Shown here: positions 25,480 to 37,636 of the stretch, piece after piece
Layout of the letters: each line of letters opens with the position of its first letter
How positions within the stretch are numbered: the stretch's first letter is position 1
Assembly (NCBI GenBank): GCA_951406725.2
Contig: OX597822.1
Coordinates: 87,730,001 to 87,794,000 of the forward strand
Direction: 5' to 3'
Length of the DNA stretch: 64,000 bases
Source: Octopus vulgaris
Taxonomy: Eukaryota
Notes under the pieces: model-generated
The model's database searches: none
What the model was told of the DNA's origin: nothing
What the model saw: the letters and a program-made list of their open reading frames with translations, nothing else
Program-made: the position numbers and the translations under genes

Positions 25480-25997
25480 CATCATCATCATCATCATCAC
25501 CGTTTAACGTCCGTTCTCTATGCTAGCATGGGTTGGACGGTTCGACCAGGGATCTGGGAAGCCAGAAGGCTACACCAGGCTCCAGTCTTATCTGGCAATG
25601 TTTCTACAGCTGGATGCCCTTCCTAACACCAACCACTCCATGAGTGTAGTGGGTGCTTTTTACATGCCACCTGTACAGGTGCCAGGCGAGGCTGGCAACG
25701 GCCACGGTCGGATTGGTGCATTTTATACATATATATATACACATACATACATACATATTACAATGAGGTAATTTATGTGAAGCATTTCCTTCTCTCTCTT
25801 TCGGAGAGGCACTGAGCACCAACGTGCACATATACACAGACGGCAGTAACTTCTGCCTACTGAATTCAATCACAAAGCTTCGGTCAGCTCGGGGCTATAG
25901 CAGAAGACACCTACCCAAAGCGCCACGCAGTGGGACTGAATCCGAAACCATGTAGTTAGGAAGCAAGCTCCCTAACCACACAGTCATGCCCGTGCCT
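25480..25997 (-). mobile_element. RTE 3' UTR copy (25480-25725) and tRNA-SINE head (25770-25997)
   Basis: (CAT)n-cgtttaacgtccg..gctggatgcccttcctaa; agaagacac..cagtgggactgaa..accacacag as in the other SINE copies. Confidence 0.8.
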
Positions 25998-26254
25998 AGG
26001 CATAATTTAAAGAATGTAGTTGTATAAGGCTGCAACAATGCAAGATGGTACAAAGTAAACTACAAATTGAAAAGAAAACGAAACAATGTTGCAGGTTTAT
26101 CTTGTATTTCTATATTTCAGGATGAAGATCTCTTCTTCAGAACATTTAGAAAAGTGGTGGTCAGAAAAAGTTTGTTGCTCAGAAGTGGGAGGTAGGGAAA
26201 CAAGGGAGGAAAGAGGAAAGTGACATGCACAGACAGTTGTTGCTATAGCAATCA

Positions 26255-26720
26255 GTCTGCTTTGTGTAGTTCCCTCTACCTGTTTATGGCTGGTTTCAAT
26301 TTGTTTACAAGGAGGGTTTCCATGATTCTGAGATTGTTCCTAACAGGTTCCCGTGGTTCCCATGGACATCCAGCTTTGAATTCCTCTGTTATGTCCTGGA
26401 GGACTATAATGAAAGAGTGGACTGAGAACAGAATCTTGGTGATCCCCTTCTTGTAGGCTAAATTCATCATAGTATTCATGGCCAACACTCACCTTAATGA
26501 CAGTACCATTATACATGACTTGTATAGCCCTAATAAGCCACTTCTCTACTCCTAACTTGCTTTGAGATAGCAGAGTGAGGGATTCTGCTGAAAGCTTTCT
26601 CCAGGTCAATGAAAGTTAAGTACAATGGCTTACTTTTGGCCAAATACTTTTCCTGCAGCTTACTAGCAAGATGGCATTTGTGGTACTCTTTCTTGGTACA
26701 AAACCAAATTGCATCTCATC
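26255..26720 (-). mobile_element. RTE RT fragment
   Basis: DEMQFGFVP, KLGVEKWLIRAIQVMY, GDHQDSVLSPLF, FKAGCPWE. Confidence 0.78.
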
Positions 26721-26739
26721 TATTTATTGTTCAGGAAAG

Positions 26740-27850
26740 GAATAGCAATTGATACCTGTTTTTGTTTTTGAAAATTGTCAATAGAAGATATTTTCATTTT
26801 ACTTGATGGACCAAGCTGGATAGCATTCATATTATGACAATCACATTTGGAGTTCTTATAACTAAAGAACCAATGGCAGGATAAGAAATGAGTGTGGTAA
26901 GGACTTGGTGTAATGCTGAACACGGTGAATAATCATTCTTCAAATGTGTTTATTTTAGACTATTAATGCTAGTGTCCATCATTAGCTGTGTATGTCAATA
27001 ATGAAATAGTTGAGATTTCTGTTAAGCAACTTGAAAGTTTCTTTATTGGGTTCTGAAGTAGTTTCAAAATTGATTTATTATGATTGATTGGCAACTGATA
27101 AATGTTCTAGACATGTATTCATGTAGTAGTGGGTCCAACACAATGTAACATAGCTGAGAACTCATTGCTGTATAAAAGCCTTAGCAACATGTGACTACTT
27201 GATGTATCTGTTGACACAGACAAGCATATAACCATACACATGCAGAAGTGGAACTGAACCCATTAAATCAATGTGGATATGATTAGTAGTAAAAGGAGTG
27301 CATCAAAGATCTCATGTGTTATAGGACCTGTTATCTAATTGAAATATCACACCAAATATATACATCGTCATATAACGTCCATTGTCCATGCTAGCATGGG
27401 TTAGAACAACAAAGCAAATGAATTATATATGCCAGAGAAATCTTCGTTATTTCACGAGTCAGCTTCTATTTAGTTAAAATCAACAGAGATAGAAGTATGA
27501 AGTGCATCTATATGTGTACATGTGAAGTGCATCTGTATGAGTACATGAAAGTAAATGTGTTGTATAATGCTTTGGCCTGTTGCAAACATTTCAAGAAGGA
27601 AAGTAGCTGTTAGACCCCATCTACCAATTGTTGCAAAACTCCTTCCAGTACAATATCTGATGCATCTGCCAGTACACTCAGTAGTGTATCATCTCTAGGG
27701 TAAACAACAAGAGTAGCTGAAACTAACTTATCTTTCACCTACTTGAAATAAATGAGCTCATCTGTATTGGAGATGTCAGGTTAATTTTTCTTTCTGCCCT
27801 GGAGAATGTCCATGAGGATTTTAGACAGATAAACACAATACATCAATAGA
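26740..27850 (-). pseudogene. Ty3/Gypsy pol remnant (RNase H and integrase)
   Basis: VKDKLVSATLVVYPRDDTLLSVLADASDIVLEGVLQQLVDG (~27620-27740, RNase H); HIHIDLMGSVP..GYMLVCVNRY and VAKAFIQQ (~27170-27290, integrase core); LPLVL near 26870. Confidence 0.78.
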
Positions 27851-28180
27851 AATTGGTTTGTCTTAGAAGATGAATAAAATTTGATAGTCATGACATAGGG
27901 TGTTACTATTTCTTGCAGTACATTAGTAATTGGTCTAAACAGTGATGATGTTGGGTAACATTGGTATCAGCTGATCTGAAGGCAAACTCAGCTGTTGATG
28001 AAATTAATCTGTAAGTCTAGGATATTGTTTGCTTTACTACTATGCTGTGAATATAACATGAAATATTCGCTACATGTTCAAGTGCCAGAATATACAGATG
28101 GCATTGTCAAAATTAATTAAATTTGGTATAATGAGTGTTGAGCAATGAGTTACTTCCAAATATTCAATTCATCCAGCTTA

Positions 28181-28573
28181 TACTCTTTACTTGTTTCAGT
28201 CAGTCATTTGACTGTGGCCATGCTGGAGCACCGCCTTTAGTCGAGCAAATCAACCCCAGGACTTATTCTTTGTAAGCCTAGTACTTATTCTATTGGTCTC
28301 TTTTGCTGAACCGCTAAGTTACGGGGTCATGAACACACCAGCATCGGTTGTCAAGCGATGTTGGGGAGACAAACACAGACACACAAACATGCATATTTAT
28401 ACATATACACGACAGGCTTCTTTCAGTTTCTGTCTACCATATCCACTCACAAGGCTTTGGTCGGCCCGAGGCTATAGTAGAAGACACTTGCCCAAAGTGC
28501 CATGCGGTGGAACTGAACCCGGAACCATGTGGTTGGCAAGCAAGCTACTTACCACACAGCCACTCCTGCGCCT
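28181..28573 (-). mobile_element. tRNA-derived SINE, full length
   Basis: Closely similar to 15797-16196. Confidence 0.9.
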
Positions 28574-29779
28574 ATTTCAACATTATTTTAGGCAACAAAA
28601 ATCGCTTCTATAGCTCAAAAATTAAAGGTTTGAATATTTTGTCTGACCAGAGTTTTAGAATTACAGCACTATTTAACTGAATGCTTTTTCACTGTTTAGT
28701 TTTGTTCATTTAGGTTTTGTGTTCAAACACTGGCAACCTAACTGATCAACTTAACTTTTCAAGATGCATGAAATAAATACTAATCATGTGGTGGGTTGGT
28801 TCAATTGGATATACATGTTCCCTTCAAATTTATCATCCTGTGTGAATGCAAAAACGTTTCAACTAAACTAATGAAGCCATAGCATTGTTTAGAAGAACAA
28901 CAACTACAACTACGGTAGCAATATCATCGACAGCAGCAATTGTCTGTTGCTTGCTGCCTGTTGGGTAACAAGTATTTTTTCAAATTTAGACATCGGATCG
29001 CAGCTTGAATTAGCTGTATCTGGTTATAACTTTATTTTGTATCCAATCTAACAGAGAACCTAGTGGCCACCTTTGTATTCAATCATATAGAAATATCATT
29101 CATGCAGAAAAAACGTAGACATTTATTGATCGAAGGGGAGGAACAAACTAATTTAATATAGCATTTGTATTGTCAAAACGCAGGAAGTAATAGATGTGAT
29201 AGGGGTTTTAATGGTAGTAGAGCTGATGCATGAAGTAATAGTGGCAAGTTTGGCAGTGGTGGTAGTGGTGATGGGCATTAATAACAAAATATGATGTTTT
29301 TACAATGACAATACATGGAACTAAGCAGGATGTTATGTAGAAAAATTAATGTGACTTCAATGCAAATCCTGTTATGTAGTTTTGACATTAAGGTTATGAA
29401 AATACATAAATTTGGTTATGTTAGCTCTGAAAAAATCAAAGGTAGTTTATTATGGAGTTAAAACAATATAAATAAGTTTTCAAATAATGAACAGGAAATA
29501 TTTGTTTACTGTTTTATGTACGTATTTATTTCAGATTAGCAGTGTTGTCATTTTTTTTATTTTTGTTTCAATTTGAATATTGTTAGAGTAATATTTTCAC
29601 AACTCTCTACTACCTATAACTACTCAATTGTGAAGTATGATAGGGTGTGATTTGAGGGAGATTTGGCTAATATTTCTAGTATGTCAATTTACTATGCAGA
29701 GACTCCCTACAATAGATAATGTTGTCCTTCTACTAATACTATGATAAAAAAAAAATAAAAGACAGGCTGGCTACAGCTG

Positions 29780-30000
29780 GAATCATCATCATCATCATCA
29801 TCATCATAACATTCATTGTCCAAGTTGGCATGGGTTGGATGGTATAACCAGTGTTGGCATGCTGGAAGGCTGCACCAGACTCCAGTCTGATTTGGCATAG
29901 TTTTCTATAGCTGGATGCCCTTCCTAATGCCAACCCCACCGAAAGTGTTATGGGTGCTTTTACGTGCCACCAGCACAACACCCGGGGTGCATTCATGCAT
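29780..30000 (-). mobile_element. RTE 3' UTR copy
   Basis: (CAT)n tail and gctggatgcccttcctaatgccaacc core. Confidence 0.8.
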
Positions 30001-30413
30001 CACATAAGTACACAGCCGCATATTTCAGGAAGGGGTATTGTACAGAGGAATAAATCAGCGTCAAGAATTAACTGTGATTATTTTATCAGGAAAGAGGAAC
30101 AGTAATAAACATTTACTAAATACATGAAGGGATTTGTCCAGCACTCTACTGAGTCTTTCAAAAAGAAGCTACTACAGTAATCACAAGTATTCAATGTTCT
30201 CAACTACAAATAAATCTATATCTTGGTACTACTTACAGGATATATCTAACACAAGACTCATAATGCAGATAAGGAAAGTAGTGTTGTCATTATGAATACT
30301 TGAGACTAGAAAAACACCAACCTATTCAAGCTACAAGACACAATTTTGAAAAGATAAATAATTCCCAACTATCAATAATAAGGAGGGAGCTGATATATAT
30401 ATATATATATATA

Positions 30414-31727
30414 CTAGCAGAGATATCCGGCGTTGCCCGTGTTACATACAATTGAAGAATTAGATTTTTCTGTTATATTTTTTCTTTAATGAACTGGAAT
30501 ATCTATGTTTCGAATTTCATCAAAATTGCAGATGAGGGTTATTTCCCTCTTTACACACCCACCAAAAATTGTAATCGTGCCACATGTATCCCATACTACT
30601 GATTTTTATGCGCATATTCCAAAATTCCAGTCTTATAGAACCTGTTAAAAGGATTTTGCTCCTGAAAAATGAAGGTCGTGGAGCTATAAAATGTGAGAGC
30701 TAAGGCCCCTGTTGGGGGTGGGCATCTTAATGTCAACCAGAGAAGTTGAATTGTTGAGAATCTTTTTAACTTGGGTCTTATATCTATTGTTTCTTTGAAA
30801 TAGGAAATATATGTTCACTGGGTTTGTAAAAGAGAGCAAAGCTACAGGCAACCAAAAGACGAATGATCACAATAAGCTGTCAGTTACCCTGCCCTAGTCG
30901 TTACCACTCCCAATGTAGGATTCCTCAGCATCCAGGTGACAGGCACAGCCGTAAGATGCATTATGAATCTATAGCAATTGGAAGAGTGTGACCCAATTGA
31001 AATAAACATTAACAACTGTGTTACGTGAGGGCTAAGGAGAAATTAAAGTGTCACCTCTGGAGTTTGCAAATGACCATTATACCGATATGTAACTGGACAG
31101 AATAAATTTGCAATCTATAAATGTCTTTGAATAACCAGTCACTCATTTGGGAAGACCTTGAAATCAATGTTTCCATGTGGGGACTATGTGTAACCCAGTG
31201 ATAATAAAAAGACTGAAAGGAGGTCTGCAATCAAATAACTTTACTCAACACTTTGCAACTGAATCAGTAGAGGCAAAGATGCCTCTCATTTACTTGACAA
31301 TTTATGCACCACATTGCAGAAATCACAATGTAAGTGTATGTCAAAGCAAAGTGTTACACTGTTGTACCATTGAATTAGAAATAATGCTCAACTTTTATGC
31401 CCGGGTAACCCTACAGCCTCCAAGAATACAACTGTATTCGTTTATGCTTTGATAAAATGACAAAATTGTGGGGGTTAAGTCCCTATGGAGGGGTCTTTCT
31501 AACTTGTAAGAAGATGAAATTTTATAAATATTACTTCATTTGTGTCTAATATCTGTGATTAAAATTTCATCAACAGCAAAAATATATGAATTGTCATGGG
31601 GGTTATGGCCTTTATGCATAGGACATAATTTCCAAACTTCATAAAGATTCATTCAGTACTTTTGACCTAGTTTTGGATCATAAAAGAAACGACTAAAATT
31701 TAGGAGTTAAGGCCCCCATTAGGGTGT

Positions 31728-31791
<64 letters not shown>

Positions 31792-31820
31792 CACACACAC
31801 ACAAAGATAAATTGATAGAT
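30414..31820 (-). mobile_element. Non-autonomous Helitron
   Basis: a|CTAG followed by ccggcgttgcccg hairpin region, as at 21354 and 48877; (AC)n near the other end. The 5' end is uncertain. Confidence 0.65.
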
Positions 31821-31997
31821 ACAACTGAGTGGGCAAACAAAAATATGAGCCTAATAGTTTTTAATGTTGTTAAGCCTGGTACTTATTCTATTAGTTTGTT
31901 CTAGTTTTAGTAATTTATGGGGATGTAAATAAATGAACAGCAGTTGTGAAGCAGTGATGAGGGTGAAACACAGAGACAAAGACACACACATACACTT

Positions 31998-32063
<66 letters not shown>

Positions 32064-32066
<3 letters not shown>

Positions 32067-32200
32067 ATAAATGTAAAAAAACACAAACTGGGACAAGAAC
32101 GCAAAACATTTAGAAGACGATACAAAAAAACGGATGGGACATTCGAAGCCTTCGATCTTCAGTCAAAAACCGGATCGTCTTTGCAATTTCGGCTGATTAA
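32064..32200 (-). mobile_element. Truncated PLE-like terminal fragment within (TA)n, with partial hammerhead strands
   Basis: Minus strand: agcc-GAAA-ttgc ... tttga-CTGAAGA-tcgaa-ggct. Confidence 0.55.
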
Positions 32201-32329
32201 TATATATATACGATAGATTTGTTTCAGTTCCTATCTACAAAATCCATATATATATATATATGTATACACACACACAAAGATAAATTGATAGATACAACTG
32301 AGTGAGCAAACCGAAATATGAGACACTAC

Positions 32330-32657
32330 CTAGTGTTCTTTTTTATTTTGATAGGCCTGGTACTTATTCTATTAGTTTCTTCTTGTGAAACCAGTAAGTT
32401 ATGGGGATGTAAATAAACAAATACCAGTTGTGAAGCAGTGATGAGAGAGAAACACGAAGACACACACATAGACTTACATATATACATATATATACAATTG
32501 ATTTCTTTCAGTTTCTGTCTACAAATTCCACTGACAAGGCTTTGGTTGGTCTGAGGCTATAGCAGAAGACACATGCCAAGTTACCACACAGTGGGACTGA
32601 ACTGAGGACCATGTGTTTTGAAACCAAGTTTGTTACCACACAGCCACACCTGCACCT
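32330..32657 (-). mobile_element. tRNA-derived SINE (partial), with a duplicated fragment at ~31855-32010
   Basis: cctggtacttattctattag...cagtgggactgaac...cagccacacctgcacct. Confidence 0.8.
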
Positions 32658-32689
32658 ATGTATGTGTGTGTGGGGGGAGTGTATGGGTG

Positions 32690-33850
32690 TATATATGTAT
32701 GCCTGGCAGACCCTCACCTTACTCAAGAAATGAAGAGGCATGCTGTCATTGTGGTTATAAATGCTGAACATGTTTAGAAATATTTCAATTTTTAAAAGTT
32801 GCCAGATCTTTTGTCTACAAAGTTTGTAAGAAGCTAGAGACTGAAGATGGAAACGTGTCACCAGTATCAAAGTATAAAAAGCATTCTAAATGCTCTGAAA
32901 TCATCAGAACACTTGAATTTACCCAGCAAGTTCAACAGACCATTGATTACAATCCCAGAAAATCCATGATGTCAGTTGCAAAAGATCTCCATGTGTCAGA
33001 AGGAACAGTCACAAATGTTGTCCACGAAGACATCAGATATAAGTCTTATATGATGAGGAAAGGTCAGTTTGTCAGAAAAAGCTAAAGAAAATCAGTACAT
33101 CAGATCTAAAAGGTTCTTAAACAAACTGAAAAACTCAGCAGAAGATTTGATGTGGTTTTTCTCAAACAAGATAAACTTTGACCCAGATCAAAAAGTTAAC
33201 AGAAGAAATGACAGATGGTTATGTGCAGATCCTTCTGAAGTTCCCAGTGTTATGAATACAAAATTCCCTGCAACTTTTATGGTTTTAGGGATTGTCAGCA
33301 ATGAAGGACATGTGATGCCTCCTTACTTCTTTCCACAAGATCTTGGAGTTAACTCTGCCACCTACATTGAGGTCCTGGAAATAATGCCCTTGATAGGCAG
33401 TGTATGCAATGGAAGGTCATATGTGTTTCAGTAAGACTCTGCACTATCACACATGGCTCTAGTGACACAGGACTGGATGACTGAAAATTTTCATGATCAC
33501 ATAATCCCTAATATTTGGCCTCCTAATTCTCCAGATCTCAATCCATTGGACTATTACATGTAGAGTGTTGTTGAGTGAGAGGTCAATGAACACGCTCATA
33601 ACACCAAAGATTCTTTGAGAGCTGCCATAATCAGAGTAATGTCCAAAATGAACCAGGACCACCAGCATGTAGATGATTTAGATTTCATATAGAAGCAATT
33701 GTTGAAGCTGAAGGTTGCCTTATTGAATAACATTATAGAAAAGAAGGTTTATTTTTATCCCCATGGCGTTCTTTGATAAATAAAATTATTATCTGTTATT
33801 ATATATCTATTTTTTTGTAAACATTATTCTGTCCTTAAATATCTTACACA
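32690..33850 (+). mobile_element. maT (DD37D) Tc1/mariner element, transposase pseudogene ~32730-33730
   Basis: WFFSNK(DE)..NRRNDRW, VFQ*D-SALSH..IWPPNSPDLNPLD with 37 residues counted between the last two catalytic Asp; several stops and frameshifts. Confidence 0.88.
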
Positions 33851-33851
33851 C

Positions 33852-34322
33852 ATCATCATCATCATCGTTTAACGCCCGCTTTCCATGCTGGCATGAATTG
33901 GACAGTTTGACTGAGGACTGGCGAGCCAAATGACTGCACCAGGCTCCAATCTGATCTGGCAGAGTTTCTACGGCTGGATGCCCTTCCTAATGCCAACCAC
34001 TCCAAGAGTGTAGTGGGTGCTTTTACGTGCCACTGGCATGAGGGCCAGTCAGGTGGTACTGGCAACGGCCATGCTCAAATGGTATTTTTACATGCTACCT
34101 GCACAGGACCAGTCAGCGGCCCTGGCAACGATCATGCTCGGATAGTACTCTTAGCGCTCCACTAGCACGGATGCCAGTCATGCGGTGCTGTCATCAAATT
34201 TGATTTCGATTTCACTTGCCTCAACAGGTCTTCGCAAGCAGAGTTTAGTGTTTAATGAAGGAAAGGTATGCATAAGTGGGCTGGTTAGACCACTGGCATG
34301 GGCCATGGGTTATGGTCTCACT
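33852..34322 (-). mobile_element. RTE 3' UTR copy
   Basis: (CAT)n-cgtttaacgcccgctttccatgctggcatg; similar to 22643-23060. Confidence 0.85.
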
Positions 34323-34324
34323 TT

Positions 34325-34735
34325 GGGGATAGGCTCGATAACTTCAAGTTGAACGTCCCTGTTGAGACCTGCTTTCACTTTCTCTTGACAATGAACCAGG
34401 ACTGATATGGGCATATGGTGGGTGACTGGCTTAGCATTGGGAATCCTCTATTAAGCAGATTGGTGGGTTAGATATCTTGGGGAATTGCTGATGGTCACAG
34501 GCGTTGAATGTGCTGGAGCTGTAGTATTGTAGCAGCCACTTCTCCAGGCGAACACATTTTTCCTCAGTGGCTGGTAATGGTAGTAAAGTGGGAGGAGGGG
34601 GTTGTATTTGTTGTAGGTGGCAGGTGCATACATTCTGTATCATTGTTGCAGATGATCGATGAGGCTTGTCAATACCCACCCTGGAGTGTTTACAGGCCAA
34701 CTTGTGGCACAATTGGGTGTAGGATAGGGTAAATT
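34325..34735 (-). pseudogene. Gypsy pol fragment (protease-RT linker)
   Basis: LPATEE..RLEKWLLQYYSSSTFNACDHQQFPKISNPP and VKAGLNRDVQLEVIEPIP. Confidence 0.75.
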
Positions 34736-34944
34736 GGTCATGTTGACTTGCTCTTTGTCATAAATAAGTCTGACAACTGTTTGCTTTCACCAATACTGTA
34801 CACAGTTTGAAGTAATGACAAGATGTGAAGGAAAAGATGATGGCTAATAAAATGAATAATATAATGGTGAATTGAATGTAATGTAATAAACGGTATTATA
34901 TGTGTGTTTAGTTGTAATCCTGTAATCAGCATAGAGGAGTTGCT

Positions 34945-35165
34945 AGGGCTTGCCTGTTTTAAATTTCTCTGTTATTGCCTGAATGATTATGATATCAACA
35001 AAAGTCAAGTACCGAGGTTTATATTTGGTTAGGTACTTCTCCTGCGGGTTTCTTAACAGAAATATAGCATGACTGGTGCTTCTTCCTGATACAAAACCAA
35101 ATTGCATCTCATCTAGATTAACTCTCTTCCTAATTAGTTGGGCTATGATCCTCTCCATGATCATC
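34945..35165 (-). mobile_element. RTE RT fragment
   Basis: MERIIAQLIRKRVNLDEMQFGFVSGRSTSHAIF. Confidence 0.8.
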
Positions 35166-36459
35166 ATCTGAAAAAATTAGCGCCAGTGCAATCACTGCAT
35201 TTTTAAAGCACACATCATGCATATGTTAGCAATGAGAAAGCGTTCTATTTTTTTAATTGAAAATAAAGTCCAATATTACAATAGATCAATGTCTACCTAT
35301 ATACATACATATATGCAAGGTAGCCATGTACTTTCTCTACAGCAGTACACCTCTGCCTGTCTCTCTATCATACTTCAGCTTAGGATGAAGCCACCTCTCT
35401 CACTGCTAGCAATCTACTCTGCCTTGAAATTTACTTTGTAATTTTACTAGTGTCAGTATTACCATAACTGTTCCCAGACATAGAAATCATGTCAAAACAG
35501 ACATTAGAGGTAAGTGTAGTAATTCATCTCAGGTCATGTGAAATAGTCCAACCTATGACAGCATGAAAAACGAATGTTAAATGATGATGATACACATACA
35601 CGTTAATTGTATTTCTTATTTTTATTTCAATAATTAATTTGTTTATATTATAAATAAAAACATCAACTTCATTTCACATGATAATGATTAGTTTGATGAC
35701 TTGTGGAAGCAATGTACTGTGTAAATGTAAGGACAACTGTATTTATTAAACAAGTGTATTTCATGATTCGACACGCAAATGAAACTTGACTTTGAAATGT
35801 TTTTGGTTGATATTTTGCTCGCTGTTTGCAAATCATGTCTTGTATTATAGATACCAAATGGCCAAAGGTAAGTGGTTTTTCTTATTTTGGTTAGTGTGCT
35901 GTTAGGATTGGGGTTCAGAGTTTTGACTATAATAGGGTCAGTTTGGGGATTTGTGAACGGTTTTTAGAGAGAATGGTTAGGTAAGAGATCAAAGTTTGAA
36001 CTAGGGGTTAGGCTTTGGGGTGATGGGGAGGGTAGAGATTAAACAGGTTTATTTCGAGTGTTGATCATGTTTTAATGTCGGGTTTAGCAGTGAAAAGCAC
36101 GGATGAGGGCTAAGGTTAATGTTTTCTACGATCATGCCTCATCCAATACTAGAATAGGAGAAATATAACCACGAAAAGTATCATATAGTTCGTTCTATTG
36201 TTAACCACCATTCACAGGACATCGTGGTTTCCTGTTACACGTATTTATAAAAATGTTACGTTTACATAATGAAATGAACTGGTTGTTGAATAATAATATT
36301 TGTTGCCACATAAGAAGATATTTCTGAGATGTCCTGTTATTCATGTGTGGTTCAAAAATTTTTTTATACACTCGTGAATTCGACAATCCTCTTTCCACTA
36401 TCAATTATAATTTTATTCGTTGATCTTTTTTAATCCTACAATCCTTGCTTTGCTTTGTA

Positions 36460-37500
36460 GATGTCACTATCCATCGAGGAGTGGGCTTAATTTGAGATGA
36501 GACAGTCAGACTACAAACTAGCCACTCATCTTACAAGTAATGACGTAGTCTTTCAGCTTCTCAAATGTCGCAATGAGACCCTCAGAAAAGATCTCTCATG
36601 GACGTTTGGCGCTTAGGCTTCTAGTGATGAGCGAACAGTCCTCAGTTACATTAAGCCTCTGGCTGTCCGCCAACAAATTTGCCAAGACTGGGATGAACCT
36701 GTCAGGACATTCGCTTCACCTCTTTGAGGGCAGGTAGGGGTCTGCAACTTCAAGGTGGAATACCTCTGAGAAACCTGCCATGCTACGATTGATTACAGCG
36801 ACGTTATAGTCTGCGATGCTCTCATACGTGGGTTGGTGGGACAAGGAAATCCGCCTTGGCATCCTGGGTGACTCTTATAAAGATATGACCCTGGAAGAAG
36901 CCCTGAAGTACGTCGAAGCAAAAGAAAGTGGAAAACTCTTAGCCAGCCGGTTCATGGGCCACAGCTCCACCTTAACCACCGTGGCCTCCAGTTCATATGG
37001 GCACCAGGAGTGGTAATTCTTGGTCAATGAAACCAGGAACTCCGTGATACACCCACCGCAAACCCCTGCAGAAAACACCGCCACAGACGTTATGTACAGG
37101 AATGCATGACAAAATACCCCGCCTACAATCACAAGTACGCACTGTGTGGAATCCTACACCACTATGAGAGTGTCTGCCTCAAACAACACCATCGCCAGTG
37201 GCAGGCTCAAACCAACGCAGCTGACACGGAAGACCACACTTCTGCAATATTCAACAGCCTATGCTGTTGAATATTGCAGATGTGTGGTCTTCCATGTCAT
37301 GAAAATGAATGCTGATAACAGCAGCTCCAAAGATTTCATCAGTATCTTGACCCTACGCATATCTGTCACATCCTTTGCAAAGTGCATGACTCATCAATTC
37401 GTGCACACATCAATTCTTAAACTGACAAACTTTTCCTCTCCAAGCAAGCCTGTGTCACTCTTGGGTTATTCCTCCCAACCTCTCCACGATTGGAGAAAGG
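36460..37500 (+). pseudogene. Gypsy gag remnant plus post-protease fragment
   Basis: EEWA*FEMR.SDYKLAT..FQLLKC.NETLRKDL, DALIRG..DKEIRLGILG..DMTLEEALKYVEAKESGK. Confidence 0.75.
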
Positions 37501-37636
37501 TATGTGAATGTTGACATCCCACTGGAAACAAGTATACACGATGTTATCTGCTATGTATTGACATCGATTGGAAAAAGAGAAAACAACCTTTACTATTATT
37601 GCATTCTGTTGTCAGAGAAGAGCAGATATTTAACTA

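Noticed and set aside
26121-26190. Plus-strand exon candidate (ttcAG..GTagg), plus isolated donors at ~35868 and ~46675
   Set aside because: No recognisable protein or partner exons; such sites are expected by chance in AT-rich DNA.
30240-30370. ADKESSVVIMN, a Penelope RT-like motif
   Set aside because: Too short and degraded to delimit as a feature.
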